DNA of 58,150 nt from an uncultured Coriobacteriia bacterium (GCA_903831865.1 CAIKZH010000003.1:1-58150), one strand, 5' to 3'; positions 9,330-19,382 are shown, numbered from the stretch's first letter. The notes: a model not told the origin generated them from the letters alone. A program made the numbers and translations.

Positions 9330-11887
9330 TAGAGGGCCCTCTTCTCGCGGATCAGGCGCTCCATGAACGCCTTGGCCGCCGTGTCGCCGGCGCGCTGGGC
9401 CTCAGCCACGGTGCAGCCGGGAGCCGCGGTGACGCTCACCTGCACCGCTCCCGACGCGACGTGGATGGACGTGCCGCCCGCGAGTGCAAGCTGCGGCCCG
9501 GCCGAGCCCACGCCCAGCGAGTCGAGCACCTGCGGGATCAGCGCGATGGCCTGGCTGCGGAACCGGCGCGCGAGCGGGATGATCGCCTCGGTGCCGTGCA
9601 GGACGGCCGCATAGCCGGATCCAGGCCCGGACGAGATTCCGCCGCGCATGAACCCCTTTGGGTGGTACCACTCTGGCCACGAGGTCCGCGCGCCGGTGTC
9701 CGGGCCGAGGATGCCCCACTTCTTGCCTTTGGCCTCGAACGCGAGCTTGTTGAAGAACTCGATGCCGGTGTGGTGTCCAGGCACGAGTCCGACGCTGACC
9801 TCCTTGCCTCGGCCCTTCTCCAGAGCGCCGGGGATGGTCGCGGTCGTCAGCCGGCCGTAGCCGAGTCCCATCGACTGGAGGACGAGCGACACGAGCCCGG
9901 AACAGTCCGCGGCTGCCTGCGACATCGCCCCCCAGACGTAGGGCTTGCCGACCATGGACATGGCCTCGACCAGCCCACGGGCGACGGAGCCGAAGCCTCC
10001 GGTCAGTCCCCTCACGTTCTTGAGCGCACTCGCGATCACCCCGGTGTCGCCCGAGTCGAAGATTGAGGACAGGAGCGACGGCACGTTGGAGGCCAGCCCC
10101 CAGATCCCTCCGAACGCACTCTTCACGATCTGTAGGGCGTTGGAGAAGTTCAGGCCGTTGACGAAGCCTCCGACGACGTGGCCGCCCAGCGCCTGGAACA
10201 CGGTGGAGGGCGAGTGGATGCCAAGGAAGCTCTTCACGGCGTCGATCAGCTTGCCGGCGAGCGTCCGTCCCGCGTCCTCGATGGCCTTCAGCCCGCCGGT
10301 CAGTCCCGAGACCATGCCGGAGATCACGCCGGATCCCCACGAGGCGGCCTGCGAGATCATGGCCTTGATGGGCGCGGTGACCTTGGCCACGACCGTCGTC
10401 ACCACGGACACGATGGAGTTCCAGATCCCGGAGAGCGTCGTCGTGACCGCCGTCCAAGCGGTGGTGGTCGCCTTGCGGATGGTCGTCCACGCCCCGGTCA
10501 CCGCGTCGACTATGTGCTGGAAGAGGTAGCAGTGCTTGTAGGCGGTCGTGAACGCGCCGACCACGGCATTGACGATGAGTGGCCCCAGCTTCTGCAGCCA
10601 CGCTCCGAGTGCGACGCCCTCCTTGATGACCCAGGTGAATCCCTGGACCAGCTTGGCGAGGACGACCACCCCAGCGACCACGGCCGCGATGACGACGGCG
10701 ATCGGCGCCGCGATGGATATGAGCAGGATGGTGCCGAGCACCTTCAGGATCGGCATCAGCGGCTTGAGCATCGGGGCGAGCTGGGCCCACGCCTGCTTCA
10801 GGTTGTCGAACGCCTTCGCGAGCGAGTCCTTCACGATGGCCGCGACCTTGGAGAAGATCGGCGCGAGCACCGTCCACACCTGCTTGCCGGCGGTGATGAT
10901 GGGCTGCAGCCTGAGCATGACCTGGGTGAAGATGCCCCGGACCTTGTCCCAGTTCTTGTAGATGAACAGCCCCGCCGCGCCCACGAGCACGGCGACGAGC
11001 CCGATGGGCCCGAAGGCGGCGTTGGCGGCCAGTGCCGCGCCGGCGACTGCGGCGATGCCGATGACCAGGCCCTTGGTCGCCTTGGGCGCCGCATCGAACT
11101 TCGCGATGAGGCCGGAGAGGAAGCCCATGAACTGCGCGAGGTACGGCAGGATCTGCGTGCCGACCGTCACCTGCAGGGCCTGCAGGCTCGCGTTGAACTT
11201 CGCCTGGGCGCCGGCGGCGGTGTTGCCGTAGGCCGCAGCCTGTCCCGATGCCTTGGCTTGGATGTCCTTCAGGTAGTTCAGGCGGATGGCGGTGAGCTGG
11301 GCGGCCTTCTGCTGCGCGTCCAGACCCTTTGTGTTCGGCTTGACCGCCTCGATCCCGAACTGCTTCAGGATGCGCGTGTTGCCAGCCAGCACGAGGCCGA
11401 TCTGCGAGGCGGCCGATGTGACGTCCTCGCCTTTCGCGCGGGCGACGTCCATCGCGAGGCCCATCAGGTTCTGGGCCTTCGTGACCGATCCGGTGCGCTG
11501 CACGAGGTCCGCGAGCGCCGAGGACAGCGACTCCTTGGAGAAGCCCGAGAAGCGCATCATCGCGCTCAGGTTCTTCTCGACCGAGGGCGCGAGCTTGTCC
11601 CACGACCCTCCTGCCGCCTTGACGGACGTGGCGAGCCGGGCCTGCACCACCTGGGCGTCTGTGGCCGCCTTGACTGAGTCCTTGAGCCACAGGACGATCC
11701 CGGAGGACGCCAGCGCGCTGCCGAGGCGCCCCACCACGGATCCGAGGGCGGAGCCCATCTTCTGAAACGCGCTGCCGATAGCGCTCGTGTGGCCCGAGAC
11801 CTGTGTCTTGAGCTTCGTCAGCTGGTTCATGGCGCGGTCGATCTGCGCGCCGTTGTACTCGCCTACGACGGAGACGGTGACAGACAC
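9329..11887 (-). CDS. Tape measure protein with C-terminal NlpC/P60-like peptidase
   Basis: Ala-rich helical body, LGIHSPSTVF motif, YVWGA...DCSGLV...HTGI, AVLHGTEAIIPL. Confidence 0.9.
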   Translation of the reverse strand: MSVTVSVVGEYNGAQIDRAMNQLTKLKTQVSGHTSAIGSAFQKMGSALGSVVGRLGSALASSGIVLWLKDSVKAATDAQVVQARLATSVKAAGGSWDKLAPSVEKNLSAMMRFSGFSKESLSSALADLVQRTGSVTKAQNLMGLAMDVARAKGEDVTSAASQIGLVLAGNTRILKQFGIEAVKPNTKGLDAQQKAAQLTAIRLNYLKDIQAKASGQAAAYGNTAAGAQAKFNASLQALQVTVGTQILPYLAQFMGFLSGLIAKFDAAPKATKGLVIGIAAVAGAALAANAAFGPIGLVAVLVGAAGLFIYKNWDKVRGIFTQVMLRLQPIITAGKQVWTVLAPIFSKVAAIVKDSLAKAFDNLKQAWAQLAPMLKPLMPILKVLGTILLISIAAPIAVVIAAVVAGVVVLAKLVQGFTWVIKEGVALGAWLQKLGPLIVNAVVGAFTTAYKHCYLFQHIVDAVTGAWTTIRKATTTAWTAVTTTLSGIWNSIVSVVTTVVAKVTAPIKAMISQAASWGSGVISGMVSGLTGGLKAIEDAGRTLAGKLIDAVKSFLGIHSPSTVFQALGGHVVGGFVNGLNFSNALQIVKSAFGGIWGLASNVPSLLSSIFDSGDTGVIASALKNVRGLTGGFGSVARGLVEAMSMVGKPYVWGAMSQAAADCSGLVSLVLQSMGLGYGRLTTATIPGALEKGRGKEVSVGLVPGHHTGIEFFNKLAFEAKGKKWGILGPDTGARTSWPEWYHPKGFMRGGISSGPGSGYAAVLHGTEAIIPLARRFRSQAIALIPQVLDSLGVGSAGPQLALAGGTSIHVASGAVQVSVTAAPGCTVAEAQRAGDTAAKAFMERLIREKRAL

Positions 11888-11888
11888 C

Positions 11889-12401
11889 TCAGGTCACCTG
11901 TCCTCGGCCCTGGCCGGCGTCGAGGCGAGCCTGTAGCTCCGCCTCGGCCGCGCGCACGTCGGCGAGCATCGCGGCCTGCACCTCGCCGCCGATCTCGTCC
12001 CACGCGTGCCACAGGAACCGGCCTGGCTTCGCCGTGCCGTCGAGCCAGCGGATCATGGCGGCGCCTTGGGGGGTCTTGCCGCCGGCGTTGACCTTGCCGG
12101 CGAACTCGAAGATGGCCGCATCCCTCTTCGCGGCGTAGACCGAGACCTGGAACTTCCCGCGCTTGGTGCGCTCGCGCACCTTATAGGCGCCGGACACGTC
12201 GTCGCCGTGCACGCCTGGCAGGGAGGACAGGGAGGCGTCGGCGAACATGGCGATGCGGTTGCCCGCCACGCGCAGCTGCGATCGCAGGCACTTGGAGAGG
12301 TCCGGAGCGAGGTTGCGAAGGGCACGGACGGTGTTGGTCACGCCGTCGATCTGCAGGCGGACCTCCCAGGCGCCGTTCGCCTGCGCGCTCACCGACGCCA
12401 C
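11889..12401 (-). CDS. HK97 gp10-like tail component
   Basis: IDGVTNTVRALRNL...AIFEFAG...PGRFLWHAWD pattern; position in tail module. Confidence 0.55.
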   Translation of the reverse strand: MASVSAQANGAWEVRLQIDGVTNTVRALRNLAPDLSKCLRSQLRVAGNRIAMFADASLSSLPGVHGDDVSGAYKVRERTKRGKFQVSVYAAKRDAAIFEFAGKVNAGGKTPQGAAMIRWLDGTAKPGRFLWHAWDEIGGEVQAAMLADVRAAEAELQARLDAGQGRGQVT

Positions 12402-12411
12402 CTCGCACCTC

Positions 12412-12896
12412 CTAGACCTTCCCGAGACGCTTGAGCGCCTCTTGGTGCTTTCGCTCCCTCTCCGCTTCCTCGCCGGCCTCGGCTGCCTCCTCGACCATCG
12501 CGTCGAACAGCTCCGGCCACGGCCCCCTGGGGATGCCGAGGAGCTCTAGAAGGTCGCCGACGGGCTGGCCGGAGAGGGCGACGCGGGCGATGAGGCGCAT
12601 GGCGCCATCGGTTCCCCCGGCTCGTCCCCCTCGGGCTGCTCGTCTTCGTCCATCGCCATGCCGGCGACCACGTCCTCGAACTGCTCCTGCGTGGTGTCAG
12701 CCGGAAGGTCGCCGCTCTTGATGAGGGCGAGGCGGGTCATGAAGGTCAGCGCGACCACGCCCTCCATCGCCTTGCTGCCGAGAGCCCGCTCCGCCTTGGC
12801 CTGCTCCGAGAATCCGATGGTGATGCGCACCGGCTCCCGCTTCTCGTCGACCCACTCCACCCAGCCGCGGGTGACCGTCGAGTTCTTGAATCGCAT
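12412..12896 (-). CDS. Tail assembly chaperone pair (12546..12896; extended form to 12412 via -1 frameshift)
   Basis: Two overlapping ORFs after the major tail gene, joined by slippery GGGGGAA (minus strand, 12612-12618). Confidence 0.85.
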
Positions 12897-12911
12897 GGGC
12901 TTCTGCGCCTC

Positions 12912-13886
12912 CTAGTAGGTCGCGACGGAGTTGACGACAGTGGCGGTGAGGATGGTCGAGCCGCCCGATGCGATGGTCGGCTGGGCCGTGAGCGTGATCT
13001 CGCGGTTGGCGTTCTTGGCGTCGACGGCGGGGAAGTCCACGACAAACGGGCAGTTCGTGCACGCGAGGGTGAGGGTGTTGGTGCCGTTGACGAACTGCAC
13101 CGAGAAGCTGCCGTAGGCCACGACGCTGGTGGGCGCGGTCCCGGTCGGCGTGCCCGTGAGCGCCTCTTTCCACATGCCGAGGTCGCTCACGAGCGCGGAG
13201 AGCGAGATCGTGACCTGCTGCTTGTCCTCGAGGATGTCCGCCGGCGTGATGGATCCCGAACACAGGGGCGTATCGACGTTGTTGTTGATCTTGATGTCGC
13301 CCTGCGTGAGCAGGACGGCCGCGAGCGTCGAGCCGACCACGTCGATCTGGAACGTGCCGCCCACCGGCGTCCAGCGGCTGTCGCCCGACTCCGCGGTCCC
13401 CGGCACGTAGGTGGCGGGCATCGTGAGCGCGCCGCCCTTCCACGTCGGCTTGAAGTGGAGCGGCTCGTTGGCCTTCCAGGTCAGCTCGAGCTGGTCGAGC
13501 TTGCAGTCCTGGAGGGACTGGATGATGCCGGACAGCGAGCCCCACAGCGTGAAGTACGGCCGGGGGAGCGCCAGGGTGATCACGTGGGTGTAGGTCGGGC
13601 CCGCGCCTGTCACGGCGTCGGCGCCGAGGGCTGCGAGCAGGTAGAGGCCCGCGCTGCCGAAGTAGGCGGGGCACTCGTAGTCGGATGCCCCGATGATCGA
13701 GGCGAGGAAGGCGGAGGTGTCGCCGGCCGCGCCGCTCGTCACCTCGTCGATCTGCACGTCACGCTCGACGTGCGGAAGGGTGCCGCTGTACAGGCCATGG
13801 CCGAAGGTGGGAGACGCGGCGGGCGTGCCCTTCGCCGTCTGCTTGCCGATCCCGACCAGTCCGAGTCCGGGGTTGAGCTGTGCCAT
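12912..13886 (-). CDS. Major tail tube protein
   Basis: VGIGKQTAKGTPA, YTHVIT...PYFTLW, DCKLDQLELTW; 324 aa upstream of the chaperones. Confidence 0.85.
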   Translation of the reverse strand: MAQLNPGLGLVGIGKQTAKGTPAASPTFGHGLYSGTLPHVERDVQIDEVTSGAAGDTSAFLASIIGASDYECPAYFGSAGLYLLAALGADAVTGAGPTYTHVITLALPRPYFTLWGSLSGIIQSLQDCKLDQLELTWKANEPLHFKPTWKGGALTMPATYVPGTAESGDSRWTPVGGTFQIDVVGSTLAAVLLTQGDIKINNNVDTPLCSGSITPADILEDKQQVTISLSALVSDLGMWKEALTGTPTGTAPTSVVAYGSFSVQFVNGTNTLTLACTNCPFVVDFPAVDAKNANREITLTAQPTIASGGSTILTATVVNSVATY

Positions 13887-13893
13887 CGTCTAC

Positions 13894-14097
13894 TCACTCC
13901 TTCTTCTCGGACGGCTTGCCGGCCGCCTTGGGCTTGACCTCGCTCGCCAGCCCGATGGACACGAGGTGCGCGACCACGCGCTCGTCGGCCGCGTCGAGGT
14001 CCCCGGCGGGGAGGTCGAACGCGATCCGCTCGCTTCCGTCGCCCGTCTCGCCGTGGACCGGCCGCTTGATCTCGTAGCGCGTCTTCATGGGTCTCAT
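13894..14097 (-). CDS. Small virion-associated hypothetical protein
   Basis: Short ORF fills the gap between tail terminator and tube genes. Confidence 0.5.
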   Translation of the reverse strand: MRPMKTRYEIKRPVHGETGDGSERIAFDLPAGDLDAADERVVAHLVSIGLASEVKPKAAGKPSEKKE

Positions 14098-14110
14098 CCT
14101 GCTTTCGCTG

Positions 14111-14548
14111 TCAGCCGACGACGGTCGTGCACTGGATGGTCAGTTCGATGCCGCACGCGCGGTGCTTCTCGTCCGGCCACCACCCGACGATGTCGAGCCC
14201 GGCGACGGCGGCGAGCTGGCAAAGTCCTCCCAGCGTCGGGTCGGCGGTGATGGCCACCTCGATGGCCCCCGCGTCCGTCTTCGCGGCGTCCCGCACCTCC
14301 GCGTAGGTCCTCACGGCGAGTCGGCGAAAGACGCGCACCTTGACGAGGAACTGCTCTTGCATCTCGGCGAGGCCCGAGACCTCGTAGGTCTGGGTCACGT
14401 CGTGGTCCTCGTCGATCCACACGTGCCGGTCGGTCCTGCGCGCCGGGGTGCCCAGTTCGACGGTCGCGCCAGCGAGGTCGTCTAGACCTGAGATGAGAGC
14501 GAGCAGGGCGTCCTCGACTTCGAACGCCTTTGTCCTGAGTCCGGCCAT
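14111..14548 (-). CDS. Tail terminator/completion protein
   Basis: 145 aa with ADPTLGGLC motif; position in module. Confidence 0.65.
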   Translation of the reverse strand: MAGLRTKAFEVEDALLALISGLDDLAGATVELGTPARRTDRHVWIDEDHDVTQTYEVSGLAEMQEQFLVKVRVFRRLAVRTYAEVRDAAKTDAGAIEVAITADPTLGGLCQLAAVAGLDIVGWWPDEKHRACGIELTIQCTTVVG

Positions 14549-14549
14549 G

Positions 14550-15152
14550 TCAGCCCACCATCGGGATGCGCCGGTCGTAGTCGGCGAGGATCGCGTCCAC
14601 TTCCGGGATGCCGCTGGGGCGATCCGGGGAGGCGACGACGATGCGGAAGGTGTTGTCGCCCTGGGACTGCATCGTGGCCCGCGCCGGGAGCGATGAGGGC
14701 AGCAGGACGTCCACGGCCCACTTCAGCGCGGCGTACTTGATCGGTGCCGGCGGGACCGCGTAGCCGTGCGTGTACTCCACGTCGACCGTCGAGCCGCGGG
14801 GCCAGGCGACGGGACGCCCCAGAGGACCGATGCGGGTGACCACGCCGCGGCGCGCGATCCTCACGAGCGCGAGCTCGGTATTCGTGAGGTCCACTCCGTC
14901 GACTGCGATCGACGAGACGCCGGTCACCTCGACGTCGGGCAGGATGATCGTGGAGGACCCGTCCCCCCGCACAGAGCAGGTCGACGTCCTGGGAAGGAAC
15001 GCGACCCCGCACAGATGCTCGATGCGCTCCTCGACCATGGCGATGCGATCAGCGAGCATCGCGTCCGGGTAGGAGTCGGCGCTCTCCAGCGTCTCGTCCT
15101 CGGCGCGGAGCTCGTCGATCGTGAAGTAGGCCGTCGCGGGAGCCTCGGGCAC
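14550..15152 (-). CDS. Head-tail connector/adaptor protein
   Basis: YFTIDELRA...IEHLCG..F...VEYTHGYAVPPAPIKYAAL...PSGIPEVDAIL; start placed at GTG 15152. Confidence 0.75.
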   Translation of the reverse strand: MPEAPATAYFTIDELRAEDETLESADSYPDAMLADRIAMVEERIEHLCGVAFLPRTSTCSVRGDGSSTIILPDVEVTGVSSIAVDGVDLTNTELALVRIARRGVVTRIGPLGRPVAWPRGSTVDVEYTHGYAVPPAPIKYAALKWAVDVLLPSSLPARATMQSQGDNTFRIVVASPDRPSGIPEVDAILADYDRRIPMVG

Positions 15153-15166
15153 GAGAGCTACTCCGT

Positions 15167-15466
15167 CTACCCGGCCGCGGTCAGAGCCGCGATGATCTGG
15201 GCCTTGGTGGCCTCCTCGTCGTGCTGCACGCCCTTGGAGGCCGCCAGCGCGATGAGCTCCGCCCGGTTCATCTTCTCGACCGGCTTGGCAGGCGCGTCCG
15301 CCGTCTCGGGCACCGCGTCGTCCTTGACCGGCTTGGCCTTCTGGCCGGTCAGGCGCTCGTACTCCGGCTTCGGCACCGAGGCGCCCGCCGGATAGCGCAG
15401 GAAGCCGATGCCACGCGCGTAGGACTCGTAGAGCGGCTTGCGGGTGATGACCCTCTCGACCGCCAT
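15167..15466 (-). CDS. Small protein with Rho-N/HeH-like helical C-terminus
   Basis: EKMNRAELIALAASKGV...ATKAQIIAAL; common after capsid genes. Confidence 0.6.
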   Translation of the reverse strand: MAVERVITRKPLYESYARGIGFLRYPAGASVPKPEYERLTGQKAKPVKDDAVPETADAPAKPVEKMNRAELIALAASKGVQHDEEATKAQIIAALTAAG

Positions 15467-15489
15467 GTCTTCCTCTCCTCATCTGGGAA

Positions 15490-15519
15490 GGCCCGGCGCC
15501 CGTTGCCAGGCGCCGGGCC
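15490..15519 (-). terminator. GC-rich hairpin downstream of the capsid gene (terminator or mRNA stabiliser)
   Basis: GGCCCGGCGCC-8nt-GGCGCCGGGCC perfect 11-bp stem; weak U tract. Confidence 0.55.
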
Positions 15520-15549
15520 CTCGATCGCTCGTCCGTGTAGGACCTGCGC

Positions 15550-16872
15550 CTAGTGACCGGCGTGCGAGCCGTGGGCATCGACGGTGCAGAACGCGTAGGA
15601 GCGCTCTGTGCCCGCCGCGGCGCGCAGGCGCGCCTTGTAGGTCACGAGGTCCTTCGTGAAGTTGTCGCCGGTCTGGTCGCTCATCGTGAGGTTGACGCCC
15701 TCGCGGACCGCGACCTCCCACTGCGAGAAGTCGGCGACCATCGGCTGGCCCTGCGTGAACGACGCGTGCCGGACCACGTTCAAGCCCCACATCGTGCGCG
15801 GCAGCGGGGCGAGCGGGCCGCCGTAGAGGTAGAGCCCGCTGGTCGCGACGCGCTGGATGATCTCGTCTTGGTAGTCGAGCGAGTTCAGGCCGACGGCGGT
15901 CGCCACGATCGAGCCGCACGATGCGATCTCGATGGCGATCGCGGCCTTGAGGATCCCGTCGGACAGCGACTCGTCCGTCCCGCGCTCGTAGTAGAGGCGG
16001 TCGGCCCAGTTGTACATGCCGAGCAGGTTCTCCCCGTCGCCGTCACCGGCGATGATCTGGCGCTGCAGCTCTGCCATGGCGCCGTAGACCATGCGCCCGT
16101 CGATCCACGCGACCAGACGCGGCGCGTCCTGGGTCTTCTCCCAGGTGGTGGTCGCGATGTGCCCGATCTTGTGGACCTTCATGTCCACGTCGTCGAACTT
16201 GATGTCCGTCAGCGGGTAGTCGCCCTGTGCGGCGATCGACGCGGCGGAGTTGGTGAAGAGCTTCTCCACGTGGAACCGCACGAGGTCCGACGTGGTGGCC
16301 GTGACGCTCACCAGCTGCAGGATGTTGAGCGGCAGCTGGGGCAGGCCCACGATGTCCGGACGGATGTCCGGCAGCACCAGGACCTCGGCGTCGCCGTCGA
16401 TCGGGCCGGGGGTGTCGTCGCCGGCCATGGCGCGCACGACCTCGTCGCGGCCCAGGATCTCGAACAACGGCGTCTCGCCGCCGATCGAGCCGTTGGCGAG
16501 ACGACCGCTGTCGGCCAGCGCCTGGTAGACGTCGCCGTCCACGAAGCGCGATCCTGCGGTCACCTTGCGGCGCACGGGGTGCGAGGCTCCGGCCGCGCGC
16601 AGGCCGCCCGTGGAAGCGCCGGACGCCTCGGCGTCGGAGCAGGCGTCCGCGAACATCTGCTCGAGCGAGTCGACGCTGTCCTTCGCGTCTCCGAGAGCCT
16701 TGCGCGCCTCGAAGTACTTCGCCTTGAAGTCCTCCGTGGTCAGCGTCTCCTCGGAGACGGCGGTGTCCATCATCGCCTTGGTGTTGCGCTCGAGCTCGGC
16801 AGCGTGGTCGCGCGCCTTGCTGAGCTCGGCGCCGATCTTCCGCGCCGTCTCGGTCGTGGCCTTGGGTGCCAT
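15550..16872 (-). CDS. Major capsid protein (HK97 fold)
   Basis: Coiled-coil delta domain, KIGH, QIIAGDGDGENLLG, GLYLYGGP...WGLNVV, FTKDLV. Confidence 0.92.
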   Translation of the reverse strand: MAPKATTETARKIGAELSKARDHAAELERNTKAMMDTAVSEETLTTEDFKAKYFEARKALGDAKDSVDSLEQMFADACSDAEASGASTGGLRAAGASHPVRRKVTAGSRFVDGDVYQALADSGRLANGSIGGETPLFEILGRDEVVRAMAGDDTPGPIDGDAEVLVLPDIRPDIVGLPQLPLNILQLVSVTATTSDLVRFHVEKLFTNSAASIAAQGDYPLTDIKFDDVDMKVHKIGHIATTTWEKTQDAPRLVAWIDGRMVYGAMAELQRQIIAGDGDGENLLGMYNWADRLYYERGTDESLSDGILKAAIAIEIASCGSIVATAVGLNSLDYQDEIIQRVATSGLYLYGGPLAPLPRTMWGLNVVRHASFTQGQPMVADFSQWEVAVREGVNLTMSDQTGDNFTKDLVTYKARLRAAAGTERSYAFCTVDAHGSHAGH

Positions 16873-16890
16873 CGCCAGATCCCTCCTAAG

Positions 16891-17790
16891 TCAGTCGAAT
16901 GCGCTGCGCAGCATCGCCGCGACTTCCGCCCTGTCCACGGTGCGCCCGCTGTCAGCGGTCGGATCTCTGACCGAATCGCTGGTCGCGCCGTCGCCCCCGT
17001 CCCCGCCGCCGTCGTCTCCTCCGCCGTCCACGCTGCTCAGGACCTGGTTGATCAGGTCGCGAGCGTCGGTGAGCTTGCCTTCGTTCTCCGTCGAGAGCGT
17101 CCGGCCGACCGCGACCGGCTCCGCGGCGTCGGCGGGAGTGGCGGAGGCAGCTGCCACAGCCGGTGCGTGACGGAATCCCAGCGCCGCGAAGTCGAACCGG
17201 GAGAGGGCGGCCGCTTGGAGGGACTCGGTGACCTCGTCCGCGAATCCCCACTCGGCCGCGTCGGCCGCGGTGAGCCACGTCTCGGCGTCCATCGCGGCCA
17301 GCAGCTCGGCCTCGTCCTTGGTCGACCGGCTCAAATAGGTCGAGACCATTGCCTCGCGGATCTTGTCGAGCGAGTCGGCGACCGAGCGCATCTCGTTCGC
17401 GTCCCCGATGGCCAAAGACCACGGGTTGTGGATCATCAGCATCGTGTTGGCCGGCATGACGATGCGGTCGCCTGCCAGCGCCACGATCGACGCGATGGAA
17501 GCCGCGTAGCCGTCCACGTAGGTGGTGACGCTGGCGGGGTTGGCGCGCAGCGTGTTGTAGATCGCCACGCCGTCGAAGACAGAGCCGCCGGGCGAGTTGA
17601 TGTGCAGGTTGATCTGCGCCACCGGCCCCAGCGCCTTCAGTTGATCGACGAAGTCCTTGGCGGAGGTGGAATCCCCCCACCACGAGTCGCCGATCTCGTC
17701 GTAGATGTAGATATCGGCCTCGCCATCGGCGACAGCCTTCACGCGGAACCAGGGCCGACCGCTGGCAGGGTTGAGCTTCGGCCTGGGCAT
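16891..17790 (-). CDS. ClpP-type prohead maturation protease
   Basis: IYIYDEIG, HINSPGGSVFDG, DGYAASIASIV, LMIHNPW, ETWLTA. Confidence 0.93.
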   Translation of the reverse strand: MPRPKLNPASGRPWFRVKAVADGEADIYIYDEIGDSWWGDSTSAKDFVDQLKALGPVAQINLHINSPGGSVFDGVAIYNTLRANPASVTTYVDGYAASIASIVALAGDRIVMPANTMLMIHNPWSLAIGDANEMRSVADSLDKIREAMVSTYLSRSTKDEAELLAAMDAETWLTAADAAEWGFADEVTESLQAAALSRFDFAALGFRHAPAVAAASATPADAAEPVAVGRTLSTENEGKLTDARDLINQVLSSVDGGGDDGGGDGGDGATSDSVRDPTADSGRTVDRAEVAAMLRSAFD

Positions 17791-17796
17791 GGCTGA

Positions 17797-19140
17797 TCAG
17801 TCCTCCTCGTCGAGATGCAGGGGTGCAGGCGCGCCGCGCAGCGCTTCGGTCACGAGCGGATCCGTGGCGGGGACGGGCGCCGGATCCGGAGCCGCGGCGG
17901 CGGGAGTCTGGCCGGGGACCTGCATGTTGACCGGCGCGAGCGGCAGGTCGTAGGGGTTGTCCGTGGTCGTGGGGTCGGCCGGGGGCAGCTCCTCGTATCT
18001 GCGGCGCTCGTTGGCGGCGTTGGTCCCGGACTGCTGCATCATCAGATGCATGCGGGCGCGCGCCTCTGGATCCGGCCGCAGGATCTCGTCCACGTTGAAC
18101 TTCAGGTACAGGCCGTCCCACGCGGGTTCGGGAGCCACGAGCTGCGCCTGCAGCTCGTCCTCGACGAGCTCCACCGCGCCGCCGACGGCGTCGACGTAGA
18201 AGGCGCGGCGGGCCTCGAGCATTGAGGCGTAGGCGGCCTTCTCGGACAGCCCCATCTGCATGAGCGTCAGTCCGTAGGCGCCGATGACCTCCTCGCGCGA
18301 GAGCTTGCGCTGGTCGATCAGGGCGACGTCGGCCGCCGATACCCCGAGCGTGTCGACGCTCCACTCGCCCCCGAGAAGGGCGAACCGTCCGCCGTTCGCG
18401 GGACCGGAGTAGAGTTTCTCGAGCTCGTTGCGCAGCTTGGTCTCGTCGTCTGGGTTGCGCGTGAGCTTGGCGGCGGTGAACACGGCCCTCGGGGTGACGC
18501 CGTTGGCCATCGTCGCGTTCTGGAGGTCCATCGAGGCGTCCTCGAGCGCGAGCGTGCGGGCCAGTGCCTCGAGGGGAGAGACGCGCCCGGGCAGCCAGAC
18601 GTGGACGACCTGCTCGGGCGCGAGGGTCGCCATCACACCGCCGGCCATCACCCGGTAGCCGATGATGCCCGACGCGTCCTGGATCGTCGTGACGTACTTC
18701 CACGGGATGGGCCACAGCTCTGTGGGCGGAGATCCGAGGCTGGGGCGGTACGGCACGATCAGCCCCTCGCCCTGGACGAACAGGTCGAGCAGGAACTGCA
18801 CCTTCAGCCGCGTCTGGGATGCTCGCGGGAACGGGGAGGTGAGAAGCGCCGGAAGCCCGTTGCCTTCTGCTCCCCGCACCTGAGTGCGGGTCTCGGCATC
18901 CACGCCGTCGTAGACGTTGATCGACAGGCGGGCGATGCCCATGACGAGCTTGTTGACCACGGCGAACACCCACGGCTGGCGCCGGTACATCTGCTCGTAG
19001 GTGACCGCCCGGAACTCTCCCGGCTGGGAGATCAGGCGCACGAAGTTGTTGCCGGCGGAGTGCCATATCTTCGGGCCGGGGTCCACGGGGAACGAGGCGC
19101 GCACCTGACGCGCGTGGCCGCCGGAGATCACGAGACTCAC
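17797..19140 (-). CDS. HK97-family portal protein
   Basis: PWVFAVVNKL, ELWPIP, SPLEAL, NGVTPRAV, YSGPANGG, NERRRYEELPP. Confidence 0.9.
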   Translation of the reverse strand: MSLVISGGHARQVRASFPVDPGPKIWHSAGNNFVRLISQPGEFRAVTYEQMYRRQPWVFAVVNKLVMGIARLSINVYDGVDAETRTQVRGAEGNGLPALLTSPFPRASQTRLKVQFLLDLFVQGEGLIVPYRPSLGSPPTELWPIPWKYVTTIQDASGIIGYRVMAGGVMATLAPEQVVHVWLPGRVSPLEALARTLALEDASMDLQNATMANGVTPRAVFTAAKLTRNPDDETKLRNELEKLYSGPANGGRFALLGGEWSVDTLGVSAADVALIDQRKLSREEVIGAYGLTLMQMGLSEKAAYASMLEARRAFYVDAVGGAVELVEDELQAQLVAPEPAWDGLYLKFNVDEILRPDPEARARMHLMMQQSGTNAANERRRYEELPPADPTTTDNPYDLPLAPVNMQVPGQTPAAAAPDPAPVPATDPLVTEALRGAPAPLHLDEED

Positions 19141-19361
19141 GGCGCCACCTCGATCTCCTGCAGCCACAGCCGATCGGAGCGCGGGATCACCGCGCGGCCA
19201 TCGATCTGCGTGGGACCGTCAACGCCGAGGGCCTCGGCGCACTCGAGCACGATGCAGTCGCGGTAGACGCCGACCAGGACGCCACGGACGCTCACGTCGT
19301 CGGGGCGATGGACGACCACCGTCGAGCGCTTCATGCGATCGATGTAGCGGCGCAGACTCAT
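19137..19361 (-). CDS. Small Sm/LSm-fold-like protein
   Basis: TVVVHRPDDVSVRGVLVGVYRDCIVLECAEAL...GRAVIPRSDRLWLQE resembles Sm1/Sm2 spacing. Confidence 0.5.
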   Translation of the reverse strand: MSLRRYIDRMKRSTVVVHRPDDVSVRGVLVGVYRDCIVLECAEALGVDGPTQIDGRAVIPRSDRLWLQEIEVAP

Positions 19362-19382
19362 GAGGCGAGCCTGCGCGCGCTG

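Noticed and set aside
9402-11690. 762-aa and 499-aa ORFs overlapping the tape measure gene
   Set aside because: Arg/Gly/Pro-rich off-frame or antisense translations with no motifs
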